Below, one piece after another: positions 19,023 through 29,125 of a DNA stretch of 64,000 bases. Below the pieces are notes generated by a model. That model ran no database searches. It was not told the DNA's origin and saw only the letters and a list, made by a program, of their open reading frames with translations. Source of the stretch: a virus; IMG/VR virus record IMGVR_UViG_3300005573_000052. One strand, written 5' to 3'. Numbering within the stretch: position 1 is the stretch's first letter; each line of letters opens with the position of its first letter. The translations under genes were made by a program, and so were the position numbers.

Positions 19023-19511
19023 TCACGGTTGCGCGCGTGTGGTGTAAATGTCCGTGACAAGGCCGAGATAGTTGTCCTCGGTCATGCGCCAACGGTTCTC
19101 GTAGTAGCGGTTGTTGTCCCCGCTCATAATCCAACCTAGCCCGTCTTTTTGTGCGGTGCGATGGGATACCGGGAGAGACCCGACAGGACGCCAATTGGCG
19201 CGATAAAGCACGACCTGTCCGGCCCGGAGAGACGAATAGGGATAAGAAAAATCGACCGCAATGTAGTCACCACCGTGAATCAGCGGTTTCATTGAGCCAG
19301 TGTCGCTCACGATGAAATAGCCCCCCCGCTCCATCTCGCCCGCCCGGAACATGGCGGCGACCCTCGCCTGAGCCCCGTTTGCACAACCCCAATGCACCAC
19401 CGGGTTTTCCGGATTGGCCATCTCGTCGCACGAGGCCACGCCAAACAGCAGCCATAGGGCCAGCAACAAGGGGGCTAGGAAAGTAATTGGTCGATAGCGG
19501 GATAGATGCAT
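19023..19511 (-). CDS. S24/S26 signal-peptidase-like membrane protein
   Basis: N-terminal TM segment, TGSMKPLIHGGD, VSHR, SGDNN. Confidence 0.55.
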   Translation of the reverse strand: MHLSRYRPITFLAPLLLALWLLFGVASCDEMANPENPVVHWGCANGAQARVAAMFRAGEMERGGYFIVSDTGSMKPLIHGGDYIAVDFSYPYSSLRAGQVVLYRANWRPVGSLPVSHRTAQKDGLGWIMSGDNNRYYENRWRMTEDNYLGLVTDIYTTRAQP

Positions 19512-20296
19512 GACTTCAACGGGATGTCGTTGACCCGTAGAGCACTGAGATATATCGCATTGGGATTGATGGGTTGGATGGCAGGGAGATATTGGTCGCC
19601 ATAATAAGCAGACGAGTATAACCCAAGCGCCCGCTGCTTGTAAGCCCCGGCAACATGTCCCATGCCCGTGTCCGTGTGAATGAGAGCCCGGCAAGCCAGC
19701 ATGTTACGGACTGAGTCGAAATAGTTGGTCGGTAGACAAATTGTTCCACGTAGAACAGGCTCATCTGCCCCGCCCAACTGAAGGACACGGAATCCCTGCG
19801 ATAAGATGTAATCCGCGATGGACTGTGCTGTCTCAATGTCGAGCCGCTTGTCGTTGCCGGGGTTGTAAAAACCCGCGAAAGCCGCCAACGCCACCGCGTC
19901 CTTGAAATCGTCCCGGACACTAAACCACTTAGTCAACACGGTTGAGATATCGGCGGGGATGGGCAGCCCAACCATATATGCGGCTTCGGCATTTTGATGC
20001 CGATATCTCCACCAATCCTGTTCGCGATGAGGGGGGAAGCCGTTGAAAACTATGTCGTAACGGGAACGATGAAGATAATCACGGTCCATTTCGTTGGGCC
20101 AGCCTTGGTAAGAATTGTAAACGTGGATGTCGTCGTAGTAAGGATGCCGAGCGAAAAGAGGAGCCATGTCGGCAAACTCTGGACCGAGACCGAGAGTGAG
20201 GGACGTATTGGGGTGCTGTTCTTTGAAGGCTCGGGCGGCGACGGTGGACATGACAAGGTCACCCCGAAGACCGAGATTAAACCCTATGGCTCTCAT
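19475..20296 (-). CDS. GT9 (heptosyltransferase-like) glycosyltransferase
   Basis: LRGDLVMSTVAARAFKEQHP, HTDTGMGHVAGA. Confidence 0.75.
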   Translation of the reverse strand: MRAIGFNLGLRGDLVMSTVAARAFKEQHPNTSLTLGLGPEFADMAPLFARHPYYDDIHVYNSYQGWPNEMDRDYLHRSRYDIVFNGFPPHREQDWWRYRHQNAEAAYMVGLPIPADISTVLTKWFSVRDDFKDAVALAAFAGFYNPGNDKRLDIETAQSIADYILSQGFRVLQLGGADEPVLRGTICLPTNYFDSVRNMLACRALIHTDTGMGHVAGAYKQRALGLYSSAYYGDQYLPAIQPINPNAIYLSALRVNDIPLKSCIYPAIDQLLS

Positions 20297-21248
20297 GAGT
20301 TATGTGATTTAGTTTAGCCCGGTCTCCCCAGACAATTTTTGCCTGTTCATTATAGGCAATTGCGGCTTCTTTTTCTGTGTCAAACGATCCAAGATTGTGG
20401 TTTTTCCCACCGTGTCTTATTTGGGCAAACCATTTTCCGGTTCGCTTGTAAAATGAAACACCCCGATATTTAGAAAGTCCTCTCCCAAAATTTTCACTTT
20501 TGATTTCTTCTTGCAACCGATCACACTCAACTAAAATAAAGTTACGAGAAGACTCCAAATTAGGATTCTTCAACAGATAACATTCTCTAACTTCGGCGGC
20601 TTTCCTTTCAGAGGCGAAACGACCTAAAACTTTTCGTTTGCCATTTTCCATAACATAAGTTTTCCATTTTCCTGATACCTCTTGAATCACCCCGATAAAC
20701 AACGACGAAGTCTGTTTTTTTAATTTTGGTCGGTCTATTTTTTCCGTGACCATTTTTATTTCTTCTTCCGTTGCGTCTGGAACATTTTTCGCAGCAAATT
20801 CACCAACCAATCGTGTCGCCATTATATCCCTAGCGATGGAAGCTTCTCGCAAGGAAGTAAAATAACGAGAAACGTGTGTTTCGCCGTCAACTTTTATTTC
20901 AGCGTTCCATTTACCCGTTCTGCTATCACAATAAACGCCCCTATGTCCGACTTTGTTTGTTACATAAACTTTTGAATTATGATGATTTTGAGACTGTGTT
21001 GCCAGTCTTAAATTACTTTTTTGATTATCCAACCCATTTCCGTTAATGTGATCGACTACTTTGTCTCTAATGTCATACCCGTTTCTTTCCATGACAAAAC
21101 GATGTAAAAAACCTAACTCCGAATGTTTTGCGTAACGAGTTTGTTTTCGTGGAGACCCAGCCAAACTCCACCGAAAGGGTAGCGCAGCAAGATAATCTTC
21201 GTCGTCAAGCAGAGCCACTTTCCCTTGAGATAATTGAAGTTCTTTCAT
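20277..21248 (-). CDS. HNH-AP2 homing endonuclease
   Basis: VDHINGNGLDNQKSNLR plus AP2 repeats (SKYRGVSF...KWFAQI); AT-rich. Confidence 0.85.
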   Translation of the reverse strand: MKELQLSQGKVALLDDEDYLAALPFRWSLAGSPRKQTRYAKHSELGFLHRFVMERNGYDIRDKVVDHINGNGLDNQKSNLRLATQSQNHHNSKVYVTNKVGHRGVYCDSRTGKWNAEIKVDGETHVSRYFTSLREASIARDIMATRLVGEFAAKNVPDATEEEIKMVTEKIDRPKLKKQTSSLFIGVIQEVSGKWKTYVMENGKRKVLGRFASERKAAEVRECYLLKNPNLESSRNFILVECDRLQEEIKSENFGRGLSKYRGVSFYKRTGKWFAQIRHGGKNHNLGSFDTEKEAAIAYNEQAKIVWGDRAKLNHITHESHRV

Positions 21249-21359
21249 AGAACCTATTATACACCCACTGTCTTGCCTTTTGTGACTCGTGAGGATCAAA
21301 TCAATCTATTATTACGATCCCCACGATTCGTTCTCCCTCTCGGCTCAATTCATCTCCCC

Positions 21360-21959
21360 TTACTGGTGATGCTCCCCCAGCCCCACCTCGGCATCGCCCT
21401 CAACCAAGTGCCTGCGCTGCTTCATCAGCACCCGGGGAATTGCGTGGCCGTTGTGTCGGTCATCCCGCGCATAGACCCGAATCGGCGCGAAATGGGCGCG
21501 ATACCGGTCCTCGTAGGCCCAGCGCACATCGCCCAGAAAGTCGTCCACCAGCACCCACGGGATGTCCAAGTCGAGCGCAAGCTGGTAGTCGTTCTCCACC
21601 CCGCCGCGCGAATGGTCACCGTCGAGGTTGAACAGGTCGAACCGCTGGCCCGCCAAGTCGCCCCGCACGTCTGCACTACTTTTCTGGAGCAGAGTGAAAC
21701 GGTCGGGGAAGGCGGATTGGAGGAGAGGGGCGTTGCTCAGCAGGTTATCGGTGCCCTGCATGGGGTCCACGGAGGTCAACGTGGCGTCGCCGCTCAGGTA
21801 GAGCAAAGCCGCAGCCGAACCGCCCCGAAAGAACCCGGTTTCGAGGATGTTGCGCGGGCGCGTCAGGGCGATGACATCGGAGAAAATGGTGTGGTCGCAA
21901 CCGGGCGTAGTGCGGGTTGAGTCGTAACCGAAGTGGATTAGGAGGTCGGCGGGGGACAT
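21360..21959 (-). CDS. class I SAM methyltransferase (Methyltransf_24-like)
   Basis: ILETGFFRGGS, FDLFNLDGDHS, LVDD. Confidence 0.8.
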   Translation of the reverse strand: MSPADLLIHFGYDSTRTTPGCDHTIFSDVIALTRPRNILETGFFRGGSAAALLYLSGDATLTSVDPMQGTDNLLSNAPLLQSAFPDRFTLLQKSSADVRGDLAGQRFDLFNLDGDHSRGGVENDYQLALDLDIPWVLVDDFLGDVRWAYEDRYRAHFAPIRVYARDDRHNGHAIPRVLMKQRRHLVEGDAEVGLGEHHQ

Positions 21960-22630
21960 CACCAGTTAACCATCTCGACCGGCGTGGCATGGAGGAACTT
22001 GGCCTCCTGCTTGGGATAAAGCATGACCTTCTCGCTGTAGGGTCGGTTGGCGCAACGAAAATGATGGGCGTTCCAGCCCCGATCCCACAGCCAATAGTCG
22101 CGCACAGGAAGGGCCATCTGCCCGAGGAACTGGGCGAAGTTGTTGGGGTCTACCATGAGGGCGGGGTAGAGATAGTTATGGGTCACGTTGGCGTGCGGGA
22201 TGCTGATGATGATGTCGCCATCCGGCTTGACCAGCTTCTTGATCTCGGCAAGGCAGTGATAGGGATTAGTCAGGTGCTCTAAGGTCTCAAGACAGAAAGC
22301 TACGTCAAACGGACCGCACAAAGTCGTATCACGATAGGTGGCAAAGGGATGATGGTCCAAATCAGCCCGAAACCAGTCGCCCTTACACAACTGCTGTTCC
22401 GGGGTTACCTCTGCCCCGTCAATCACCCAGTATTCGGTGGTAGGGTCGAGTCGCTTGCCAAGGAAGCCTAGTCCTCCACCCACGTCCACCACGCGCTTGC
22501 CCTTGAGCTGTTCGCGCAGGTTCCAATGGCTGAGCATGGCGTCAAGACGAGGACCGTGGTCACGGTCATAGGCGTGAAGGTAATCTTCATCAGGGTTCTT
22601 GACGAAAAAATTAGAGACAGAGGAATCCAT
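21959..22630 (-). CDS. class I SAM methyltransferase
   Basis: VVDVGGGLG, FDVAFCLETLEHL. Confidence 0.85.
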   Translation of the reverse strand: MDSSVSNFFVKNPDEDYLHAYDRDHGPRLDAMLSHWNLREQLKGKRVVDVGGGLGFLGKRLDPTTEYWVIDGAEVTPEQQLCKGDWFRADLDHHPFATYRDTTLCGPFDVAFCLETLEHLTNPYHCLAEIKKLVKPDGDIIISIPHANVTHNYLYPALMVDPNNFAQFLGQMALPVRDYWLWDRGWNAHHFRCANRPYSEKVMLYPKQEAKFLHATPVEMVNW

Positions 22631-22654
22631 GTGAAAGCAGTTAGCGCGAATCAG

Positions 22655-23083
22655 TTAGCTCACCACTGCCGTAGCCGGGGCCACCCTAGTCTTCTCCGCC
22701 AGCCAGTGCTCCACCACCCGCTTGTGGGCCGGGCCGATGTTGGGACAGTTCGCCAGAATAGCGCGCAGATGGTCAACCTCAAACTCCTTGATGGGCCGGA
22801 ATCGGAGCGGCTGTTTACCATCCTTTCCCCTCGTGCCCCAAAGCAGCTTGGCCGCGATGACCTCAAACGGGTCTTCGTCAGTCAAACAATACTCCTGATA
22901 CCGATTCTGGGCGTCAAGACGGATGAAATCGCCCCCGCGCCGACAATACTCACGGCCACCGTCAAGGATAAGGACGCTAGAATCGGCGGCGAGCGTGTGC
23001 TCGATGTAGTCGTGGACGTGAGAGGAGACGAGGTAGAGGTCTTCCTCGTATACGTAGGCGGCGTTCTGCAACAGTGTAGGCAT
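22655..23083 (-). CDS. hypothetical phage protein
   Basis: operon packing; LDGGREYCRR...LLWGTRGKDG. Confidence 0.65.
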   Translation of the reverse strand: MPTLLQNAAYVYEEDLYLVSSHVHDYIEHTLAADSSVLILDGGREYCRRGGDFIRLDAQNRYQEYCLTDEDPFEVIAAKLLWGTRGKDGKQPLRFRPIKEFEVDHLRAILANCPNIGPAHKRVVEHWLAEKTRVAPATAVVS

Positions 23084-23379
23084 CAGAGTGTTATGGATTT
23101 GAGGGTAGTGCGATCGGAGTCAAGCAGAGACATCCCGCGCGGATTGCGACGGTCAGTCACAACCCTGAGCCCTCCCAATACCTCCTCGTTGTCCGGGATA
23201 ACGGGATAACCGTGGTGGGAATTGACTGCGCAACCAATAGAGAGATAGACAGGCGGATTATCCCAGTCCCAATTAGAGAAGGTGTAAGATTTGACTAGTC
23301 GGTCGGCACTAGCCAGTAGCTCCTCACGGATGGCGGCGGAGTGATCAGGAAGAGAAGATAGAGGGGCTTGCGTGGACAT
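23083..23379 (-). CDS. hypothetical protein
   Basis: start MSTQAP just downstream of a promoter. Confidence 0.55.
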   Translation of the reverse strand: MSTQAPLSSLPDHSAAIREELLASADRLVKSYTFSNWDWDNPPVYLSIGCAVNSHHGYPVIPDNEEVLGGLRVVTDRRNPRGMSLLDSDRTTLKSITL

Positions 23380-23394
23380 GGAAACGACAACGGT

Positions 23395-23424
23395 ATTATA
23401 GGGCATTTGGGACGCAAGTGTCAA
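23395..23424 (-). promoter_or_regulatory. sigma70-type promoter
   Basis: TTGACA-N18-TATAAT, perfect hexamers. Confidence 0.8.
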
Positions 23425-24206
23425 GTCGCAATCAGCGGCTTGGTCAAATCGTCCTCCTCGGCGGGCGACGCAACACCAATGTGCCCGCACCGGATCATCT
23501 CGGGGTTGAAGCAAGCGAAGGGGAGGCCAGTTTCATTCCACGAAAGGAGTGCCATAGCCCGTCCCATGCCGTGCTCGGAATGGCGCGGCAAATTGGTCTT
23601 GGCTATGAAGGTAAGTGCGGCGCGAAGGTCCCGTGTGCGCGCAACATGAGGGTGATTGGACCAATCGTTCTGCCGGAACCAGCGCGATTCAATCAAGTCC
23701 ATCACCGCCCGGCCATCAATGTTGTGCTTGGCCTTGAGGCCGTTAATCCGATCCATCTCATTGGTGAACCGTGGGATGCGGACTTGGACGATGGAAGGGT
23801 CCTTGTCAAGGATGGAAACCGCCTCGTGCAACCAGTATTCGAGATCAAACTCATAGGGGCGAACCTGCCAATCGTCCTCCGAAAAATAAATGTAGGGAGT
23901 AGTGACATGGCCGAGTAACGTCATTTGGTCCTGCAAAAAGCCGAGCTGGTGGGAGTCGTCATTGTGCCTCCACTGTCCAACTGTCGTGCGTCCATGAAAC
24001 CCGTGTTCGCGCAGAAACGCCGCCATCTCCTTGGCCTTCGCTTCGCCTTCGGGTGTTGGGTCTACCTTGATGTGGCTGAGTAAATCTCCCCACGATGACG
24101 CAGGCACTTGGGCGAGAAGGGATTGGACGGTCCGTTGATAGGTAGAGCGCCCGAAATGCCCTTTGGAACTCGTGTATAAGCAAACGGTTAGGTTATTGGG
24201 GTGCAT
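23421..24206 (-). CDS. putative GT-A fold glycosyltransferase
   Basis: YIYFSEDDW motif; cluster context. Confidence 0.55.
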   Translation of the reverse strand: MHPNNLTVCLYTSSKGHFGRSTYQRTVQSLLAQVPASSWGDLLSHIKVDPTPEGEAKAKEMAAFLREHGFHGRTTVGQWRHNDDSHQLGFLQDQMTLLGHVTTPYIYFSEDDWQVRPYEFDLEYWLHEAVSILDKDPSIVQVRIPRFTNEMDRINGLKAKHNIDGRAVMDLIESRWFRQNDWSNHPHVARTRDLRAALTFIAKTNLPRHSEHGMGRAMALLSWNETGLPFACFNPEMIRCGHIGVASPAEEDDLTKPLIAT

Positions 24207-24217
24207 GGAAAAGCGAA

Positions 24218-25099
24218 CTAGGGAATAGGTAGAGCTTTGCGCGGGTCGTGGCTGTCAACCACGTCGGTTCGCCCGCAAACCACATGGTGATAGTGATCCG
24301 AAAGCACCTTCTCCGCCCGCAGATAATCCTTTAGCTCCTCATCCAGCGGCGCGGACAGGAGAGCGGTGAGGCCATCGGTGGTGAGGGGGTAGCCCCGGGT
24401 CTTCATCAACCGCCTGAACGCCAACCGCCTCTCCTCGCGCTCGGCAAACTGCTGGTTGCGGTCCCCGGGGGGAAAGTGGTCGAGACCAAGGGCACAGGTG
24501 TTGGAACCGGCGGGATAACTGATGTAGTAACGACTGTAATGCGTCAGCCAGTGGAATGGCTGGTTCGCGCGCTTGACAGGCCGCACGTTCAACCTCACCT
24601 TGCTCTCGTCCGGCTCAATAGTGGACCACTCTATCCCCCGCCCATTCCAGCCGATAAGACTCCAATGCGGCGAATTGCGGTATTCCATGGTCTCACGATA
24701 ACGCATAAGGTAAGGCTTTCCCCACCCAAAAATAACATCCACGTCAGTCTCGTCCATCATCGGACCAATCTCGGTCTTGATGCGCGAGACGAACTCGATA
24801 GCAGGGCGTTCTTCAAGATCGGACCAAAGGACATAGTCTCCCTCTTCTATCGGCCCGCAGAACAGGGTGTGGTTCATGTTATGGAAATGACGGCCGCGAG
24901 ACCACGGAGCATAAATGATCTTCCCCGCCCCTTTGACCGACTCCAGATAGCGCGAGACGGGAGCGTCGGTGGGAACATCATTGAGCGACCAGACCACTCC
25001 GTCCAGCCACGGGAGCAACGGCTCAACCATCTCGGTTGCGTTTTCGGCAGACGGGGAGCCCGACATGCTAGTGAGCCAGAGTTTGGGTGCGGGAGTCAT
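24218..25099 (-). CDS. putative GT-A fold glycosyltransferase
   Basis: YVLWSDLEER motif; similar layout to 26022..26840. Confidence 0.55.
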   Translation of the reverse strand: MTPAPKLWLTSMSGSPSAENATEMVEPLLPWLDGVVWSLNDVPTDAPVSRYLESVKGAGKIIYAPWSRGRHFHNMNHTLFCGPIEEGDYVLWSDLEERPAIEFVSRIKTEIGPMMDETDVDVIFGWGKPYLMRYRETMEYRNSPHWSLIGWNGRGIEWSTIEPDESKVRLNVRPVKRANQPFHWLTHYSRYYISYPAGSNTCALGLDHFPPGDRNQQFAEREERRLAFRRLMKTRGYPLTTDGLTALLSAPLDEELKDYLRAEKVLSDHYHHVVCGRTDVVDSHDPRKALPIP

Positions 25100-25320
25100 G
25101 ATTTAGGCGTGATGACGACGTTGCCCTTGTGCAAAACCGTCTTAAACCCTCCATCAAACTCAAGCACATTCCCATCCGCGTCGGTCGCATAACACAATGC
25201 CTCCCCGCTCTCTTCGTCGGCCGTAATGCAACGACCAAGGAGTTTCCCGTCCAAGGTGACGGTCGCACCGAAAGCATCAGAGGAATAACCCGGATCGGTT
25301 TTGTCTACACTAAGCCTCAT
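25096..25320 (-). CDS. hypothetical protein
   Basis: ATGA overlaps. Confidence 0.6.
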   Translation of the reverse strand: MRLSVDKTDPGYSSDAFGATVTLDGKLLGRCITADEESGEALCYATDADGNVLEFDGGFKTVLHKGNVVITPKS

Positions 25321-25613
25321 GACTGGTTCTCCCCTCCTGCTCGCTCGTCCTCATCCTCCGCCGCCTTACGCAGCAGAGCCATCTTGGCGTCGTCGGCTAT
25401 GGCGTAAGCAACCGCCCTTTCCACCGCCTCAACCATCCCGGTGTCATCGGGCAAGACGCAGCCCGCTTCAGACTCATCAAATCCCACGCATCGTCCCTCC
25501 GGTCCGTAAAGCGTAACCCAGCCCGCGCCGCGCTCAATGCAGACCTTGAGGACGTAGTCGAGGGGGAGATGTTCGCAAGCGCGGTCGAGAGCGTCGGAGA
25601 GGGTAATGCTCAT
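25317..25613 (-). CDS. hypothetical protein
   Basis: overlapping start/stop with neighbours. Confidence 0.6.
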   Translation of the reverse strand: MSITLSDALDRACEHLPLDYVLKVCIERGAGWVTLYGPEGRCVGFDESEAGCVLPDDTGMVEAVERAVAYAIADDAKMALLRKAAEDEDERAGGENQS

Positions 25614-25987
25614 TTAGAATCGTCCCACTTGCCAATGGTGCGCAAAAACGCCTCGGCGCGCTGGGGGGCAGTTACTCCGTGAGCCCACCGATGGATGGGG
25701 ATGGAGTTGGCGTCGTCGGCCGCGCGAACGGCGAAAGGAATGAGGTGCCCGTGATACTCCCATGTCTGAGACATGGTTAAAGTCATTTCCGCCTCATGCA
25801 TCCAGTCCAGACTCTGAGTATAGTTCGGCACGAACCTTCACCGTCCATCCACCGGGCTATTTCCGCGCAGACCCTCCCACGGATAAAGGCATCGTGGATC
25901 AATATCCACGTCTTGGCCCGATTCATAGCGGATGTCGGTCCAACCGCAGGAGGTGGCGATGGCGATATTTTGGGCTTGAGGAGTCAT
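25610..25987 (-). pseudogene. hypothetical phage gene interrupted by an in-frame TGA, or two small ORFs
   Basis: ATG 25987 (MTPQAQNIAIATSCGW) is in frame with 25831..25610; single TGA at 25838-25840. Confidence 0.45.
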
Positions 25988-26000
25988 GGGGGAGAAAGCT

Positions 26001-26030
26001 ATGATAGCCCGGTTGGGACGGTTATGTCAA
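26001..26030 (-). promoter_or_regulatory. sigma70-type promoter
   Basis: TTGACA-N18-TATCAT. Confidence 0.75.
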
Positions 26031-26840
26031 GGGCAAACCATGCTTGATGAGCGGGTGGCCGTCCAACTGATATCGCTCGGTCGCCACGTCCTCGGTCGCG
26101 CCGGACCGCTTCTCCCAGTGCTCTTTCCAGAACTCCTTGCCCAGTTTGGCCTTGCGTTCAAGGTCAAGGAAACCGAGGTGAACTACATAAGGCGACGCGA
26201 CCAACATATAAACAAGGTTAGGCTGGAGATAGGGGCGAGGAGCCAACGGCATAAACTGGGCCAACTCGCCATTCGCCAGTAGGGGCTCAGTCGAGTCGCT
26301 GGCTTTGGTGTTAAACAGCCCGCCACCCATCTCGGCGAACCGGGGCACTCCGCGCCGCACGACGCTGGCCTTGTGGAGGCGAAATTTTACACCCACCTGC
26401 TGGTCCGCGCGAATCAGACTCATGTCCGAATATACGTCGATAACCGGGATGAGGTAGCCGTCTGTGAACGGGTTGGACAGCAAGGACTCTGCGGCGGCAT
26501 TCCACATTGGGCGATTGGACAGGGGGAACAGTTCGTCGGCATCAGCGATGACCCGGATAGGATGAACGCACGCCTCCAACGCGGCAGTCTTCAGGTCGCC
26601 ATCGAACCGGTTGTTACGGCGGTAGTCGATGGTGGTTTGGATGACCTTGAACCGATCCGCGCCCAATTCGCGCTCGTAGGCGAGGAGACGGTCGAGCGTA
26701 TCGTCATCGGAGGGGACGGTGGCACAGACCGTCTGGTCGAAGAACTGGGTAAAATTGTGGACGCAGCCGTCGAGGTCGAAGTCGCGCAAACGGGCGTTAA
26801 AGAGGTAAAAATATAGGCTTAGCTTAGGTGCATCGCTCAT
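26022..26840 (-). CDS. GT2-like glycosyltransferase
   Basis: VIADADELF DxD motif, SDDDT, VHLGF. Confidence 0.65.
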   Translation of the reverse strand: MSDAPKLSLYFYLFNARLRDFDLDGCVHNFTQFFDQTVCATVPSDDDTLDRLLAYERELGADRFKVIQTTIDYRRNNRFDGDLKTAALEACVHPIRVIADADELFPLSNRPMWNAAAESLLSNPFTDGYLIPVIDVYSDMSLIRADQQVGVKFRLHKASVVRRGVPRFAEMGGGLFNTKASDSTEPLLANGELAQFMPLAPRPYLQPNLVYMLVASPYVVHLGFLDLERKAKLGKEFWKEHWEKRSGATEDVATERYQLDGHPLIKHGLPLT

Positions 26841-27166
26841 ACGCCATCCTCCTCCTTGGAATACCCATCCGGGTCCAGCCACACCCCTGCGCTCAACCCT
26901 CGTATCGCGGGCTTGGTCGGCTCCCGCTTCACCGTCACTTGGTCCCTCACCGGCATCCCCACTTGGTCAAACAGGGCCAGCACCTTCTCCACAGTGCACT
27001 TGTCGGAGCGGGAATGGTGGTAACGCCAGTCTTCCATCACGTCCTTCATGACACTGTAGACCTCCCAAGGCATGTCGTAGGTGATGGTCTCGGTGGAGGA
27101 GACTTGGACGATCCGGGCGGTTTGAGGAGCGACGATGTTCATGTCCAGTTCTCCAAATGCGACCAC
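26837..27166 (-). CDS. hypothetical protein
   Basis: operon packing. Confidence 0.5.
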   Translation of the reverse strand: MVAFGELDMNIVAPQTARIVQVSSTETITYDMPWEVYSVMKDVMEDWRYHHSRSDKCTVEKVLALFDQVGMPVRDQVTVKREPTKPAIRGLSAGVWLDPDGYSKEEDGV

Positions 27167-28008
27167 ATGACCTCGTGATCCAAGTCAACCAGCACCTTGT
27201 CCTCGCCGGGCACAGTGGTCCATCCACTCTCCCTCTTCACCGTCTTCCCATCCATCCAAAGGCCAACCTCGGGATGAAGGTGACACACGGCGGCAGTCGG
27301 GTCATGAAAGGCCTTGGAGTCGTGCCCCTCGAAATAGAGCCTCGCCGCCTCGCAAAATAGCTCTGACGCAGCGTTGATAGGCTTCCCAAACCGGGCGAAT
27401 CGCTTCCGGTCGAACTGGACCGTATGACACACGTTCTTCCCGACCATCTGGCGCGGCATCGCGGCACTGAGGAACCGTTGCCCGTTGGGGCGGTCGGCGT
27501 TGAGGTTGAAAGTGGGCATCCATGCTTTGTCCTCGAACTTGTCGAGGGTGATCTGGGGACGATAGACCGAGTAGGGGACGAAGCCACCTTGCATGGTGGT
27601 GCGGCTAAAGGGCCAATCCTTCGCCCATTCAGACCCCAGATAGGTGCCTACGCTCGTCACAGGACCAATCACGAACGCCTCTACGTCCTCGCGCGTGTCA
27701 TCCTCCATGATGCTATAGACCACGTCGATACCCGACACGTCCGCCTCTGCGTGCAGGGGCTTGCCATAACGCTGGAGCAAAGCGCGGTGAATGGAGCTAG
27801 ATATTCCTTTCTTGCGCCCCATCTGTGCCGCGCCGATAGGGATGTCCAGCTTTAACCGTTCGCACACCAGCCGCGCAATGGCTATCTGGTCGGGGTCACC
27901 CGGCGACACGCAGATCGCGCGGATGTTGACTCCCGCCGCCGCAAGGTAGCAAATGGCAAATAGGTCATCGGGGTCGTGACCAAGGTCGGTCTCGATAACG
28001 AGGTTCAT
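27139..28008 (-). CDS. inosine-uridine-preferring nucleoside hydrolase family protein
   Basis: IETDLGHDPDD Asp cluster, GPVT, MQGG, FNL, HDP. Confidence 0.8.
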   Translation of the reverse strand: MNLVIETDLGHDPDDLFAICYLAAAGVNIRAICVSPGDPDQIAIARLVCERLKLDIPIGAAQMGRKKGISSSIHRALLQRYGKPLHAEADVSGIDVVYSIMEDDTREDVEAFVIGPVTSVGTYLGSEWAKDWPFSRTTMQGGFVPYSVYRPQITLDKFEDKAWMPTFNLNADRPNGQRFLSAAMPRQMVGKNVCHTVQFDRKRFARFGKPINAASELFCEAARLYFEGHDSKAFHDPTAAVCHLHPEVGLWMDGKTVKRESGWTTVPGEDKVLVDLDHEVMWSHLENWT

Positions 28009-28892
28009 CGCCCCTCCCTCTCCGCCACGCGCCGCCGCAAATCCCGAATGTAGTCGGTTTCCATCTGGGCCAGCATGGTGTGGTCCCAGCACCGGAACGA
28101 GTCCTTGATCTCCTGTGACGGGATGCGTCCGTCCTCCCAGTCGCCCCGTGCTGCGACGGCAAACTCCTCGTCAGTCAGCTTGGGGTAGGCCGGATTCTTA
28201 ATCTTGGGCGGCACGATACAAAAGAGAGATTTCACATCCGTGCGATGGCACCACAGCCCGCCGTCCCCCATGTCTCGAACCGCATAGACCCCGTTGTCCT
28301 GAACGAGAGGAGCCGGATAGATATGGTGGACCAAATTGTGCTCCCGGTAAAACCGCTGCATTTGGGCCTCGCGCCATTCGCCGTCATGGTAGGGACCGGC
28401 TCCGTGGTAACCCAGCACCCCGGCACGCTCAAGGTCTTGGTAGAACATGGTGGGAATGATATGGGCACGTTCCGAGTAGGTATCTGGCCCGCACGGCGCG
28501 CCCGCGAGACTGATGGAGGCGATGATTCGACCCTGTGGGTCCTTCTGGCCCAGTAGCGAGACGATGTGGTCCAACTCGGTTTGCTCCAAGTCGCACGCGA
28601 AGAACTGGTCACACTGGACCGAGCAGGTGATGGGCGACGCGGACAGCGCAAAGGTATCACGGGTCCCGAGCCCCAGTCCTCGCGACTCGCAGTTGACGAT
28701 AAGCTGGTCAACCAGTCCCTCCCTCACAAAGCCCAGTGCGTAATCCTCGCCGCTCCCGTTATCGCAGAAGATGATGCGATGCGGGACTTTGACGTGGTCG
28801 CGGATGGATTTGAGACAGATGTGGCTCTCAATGGGGCGACGGTAATCTAGGACCACGATGGAGAGAAGGGGCTCAGTGTAGGTGGGGGTCAT
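28005..28892 (-). CDS. GT2-family glycosyltransferase
   Basis: LSIVVLDY, IIFCDNGS, VQCD. Confidence 0.7.
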   Translation of the reverse strand: MTPTYTEPLLSIVVLDYRRPIESHICLKSIRDHVKVPHRIIFCDNGSGEDYALGFVREGLVDQLIVNCESRGLGLGTRDTFALSASPITCSVQCDQFFACDLEQTELDHIVSLLGQKDPQGRIIASISLAGAPCGPDTYSERAHIIPTMFYQDLERAGVLGYHGAGPYHDGEWREAQMQRFYREHNLVHHIYPAPLVQDNGVYAVRDMGDGGLWCHRTDVKSLFCIVPPKIKNPAYPKLTDEEFAVAARGDWEDGRIPSQEIKDSFRCWDHTMLAQMETDYIRDLRRRVAEREGR

Positions 28893-29125
28893 GATTGGGT
28901 GAGTTGCCTGCTCGCTATCTCAATCTCCGTATCGGCCTCCGCCCATCCCGCGCAAAAAGACTCCCGAAACAGCCCCACGTCTTCGGGCATCGGCGCGCCC
29001 ATGTCACGCATGAACCATCCGGCCAAAAACGGGCCTAACTGAGGCGAGTTCCCAGAAGAAAAGTCCTCCCAGCGGCGGCAAACCACAGACCAACGGACAA
29101 GGGCGGAGTCCAAGGTGGTGATCAT
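28889..29125 (-). CDS. hypothetical protein
   Basis: ATGA overlaps. Confidence 0.55.
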   Translation of the reverse strand: MITTLDSALVRWSVVCRRWEDFSSGNSPQLGPFLAGWFMRDMGAPMPEDVGLFRESFCAGWAEADTEIEIASRQLTQS

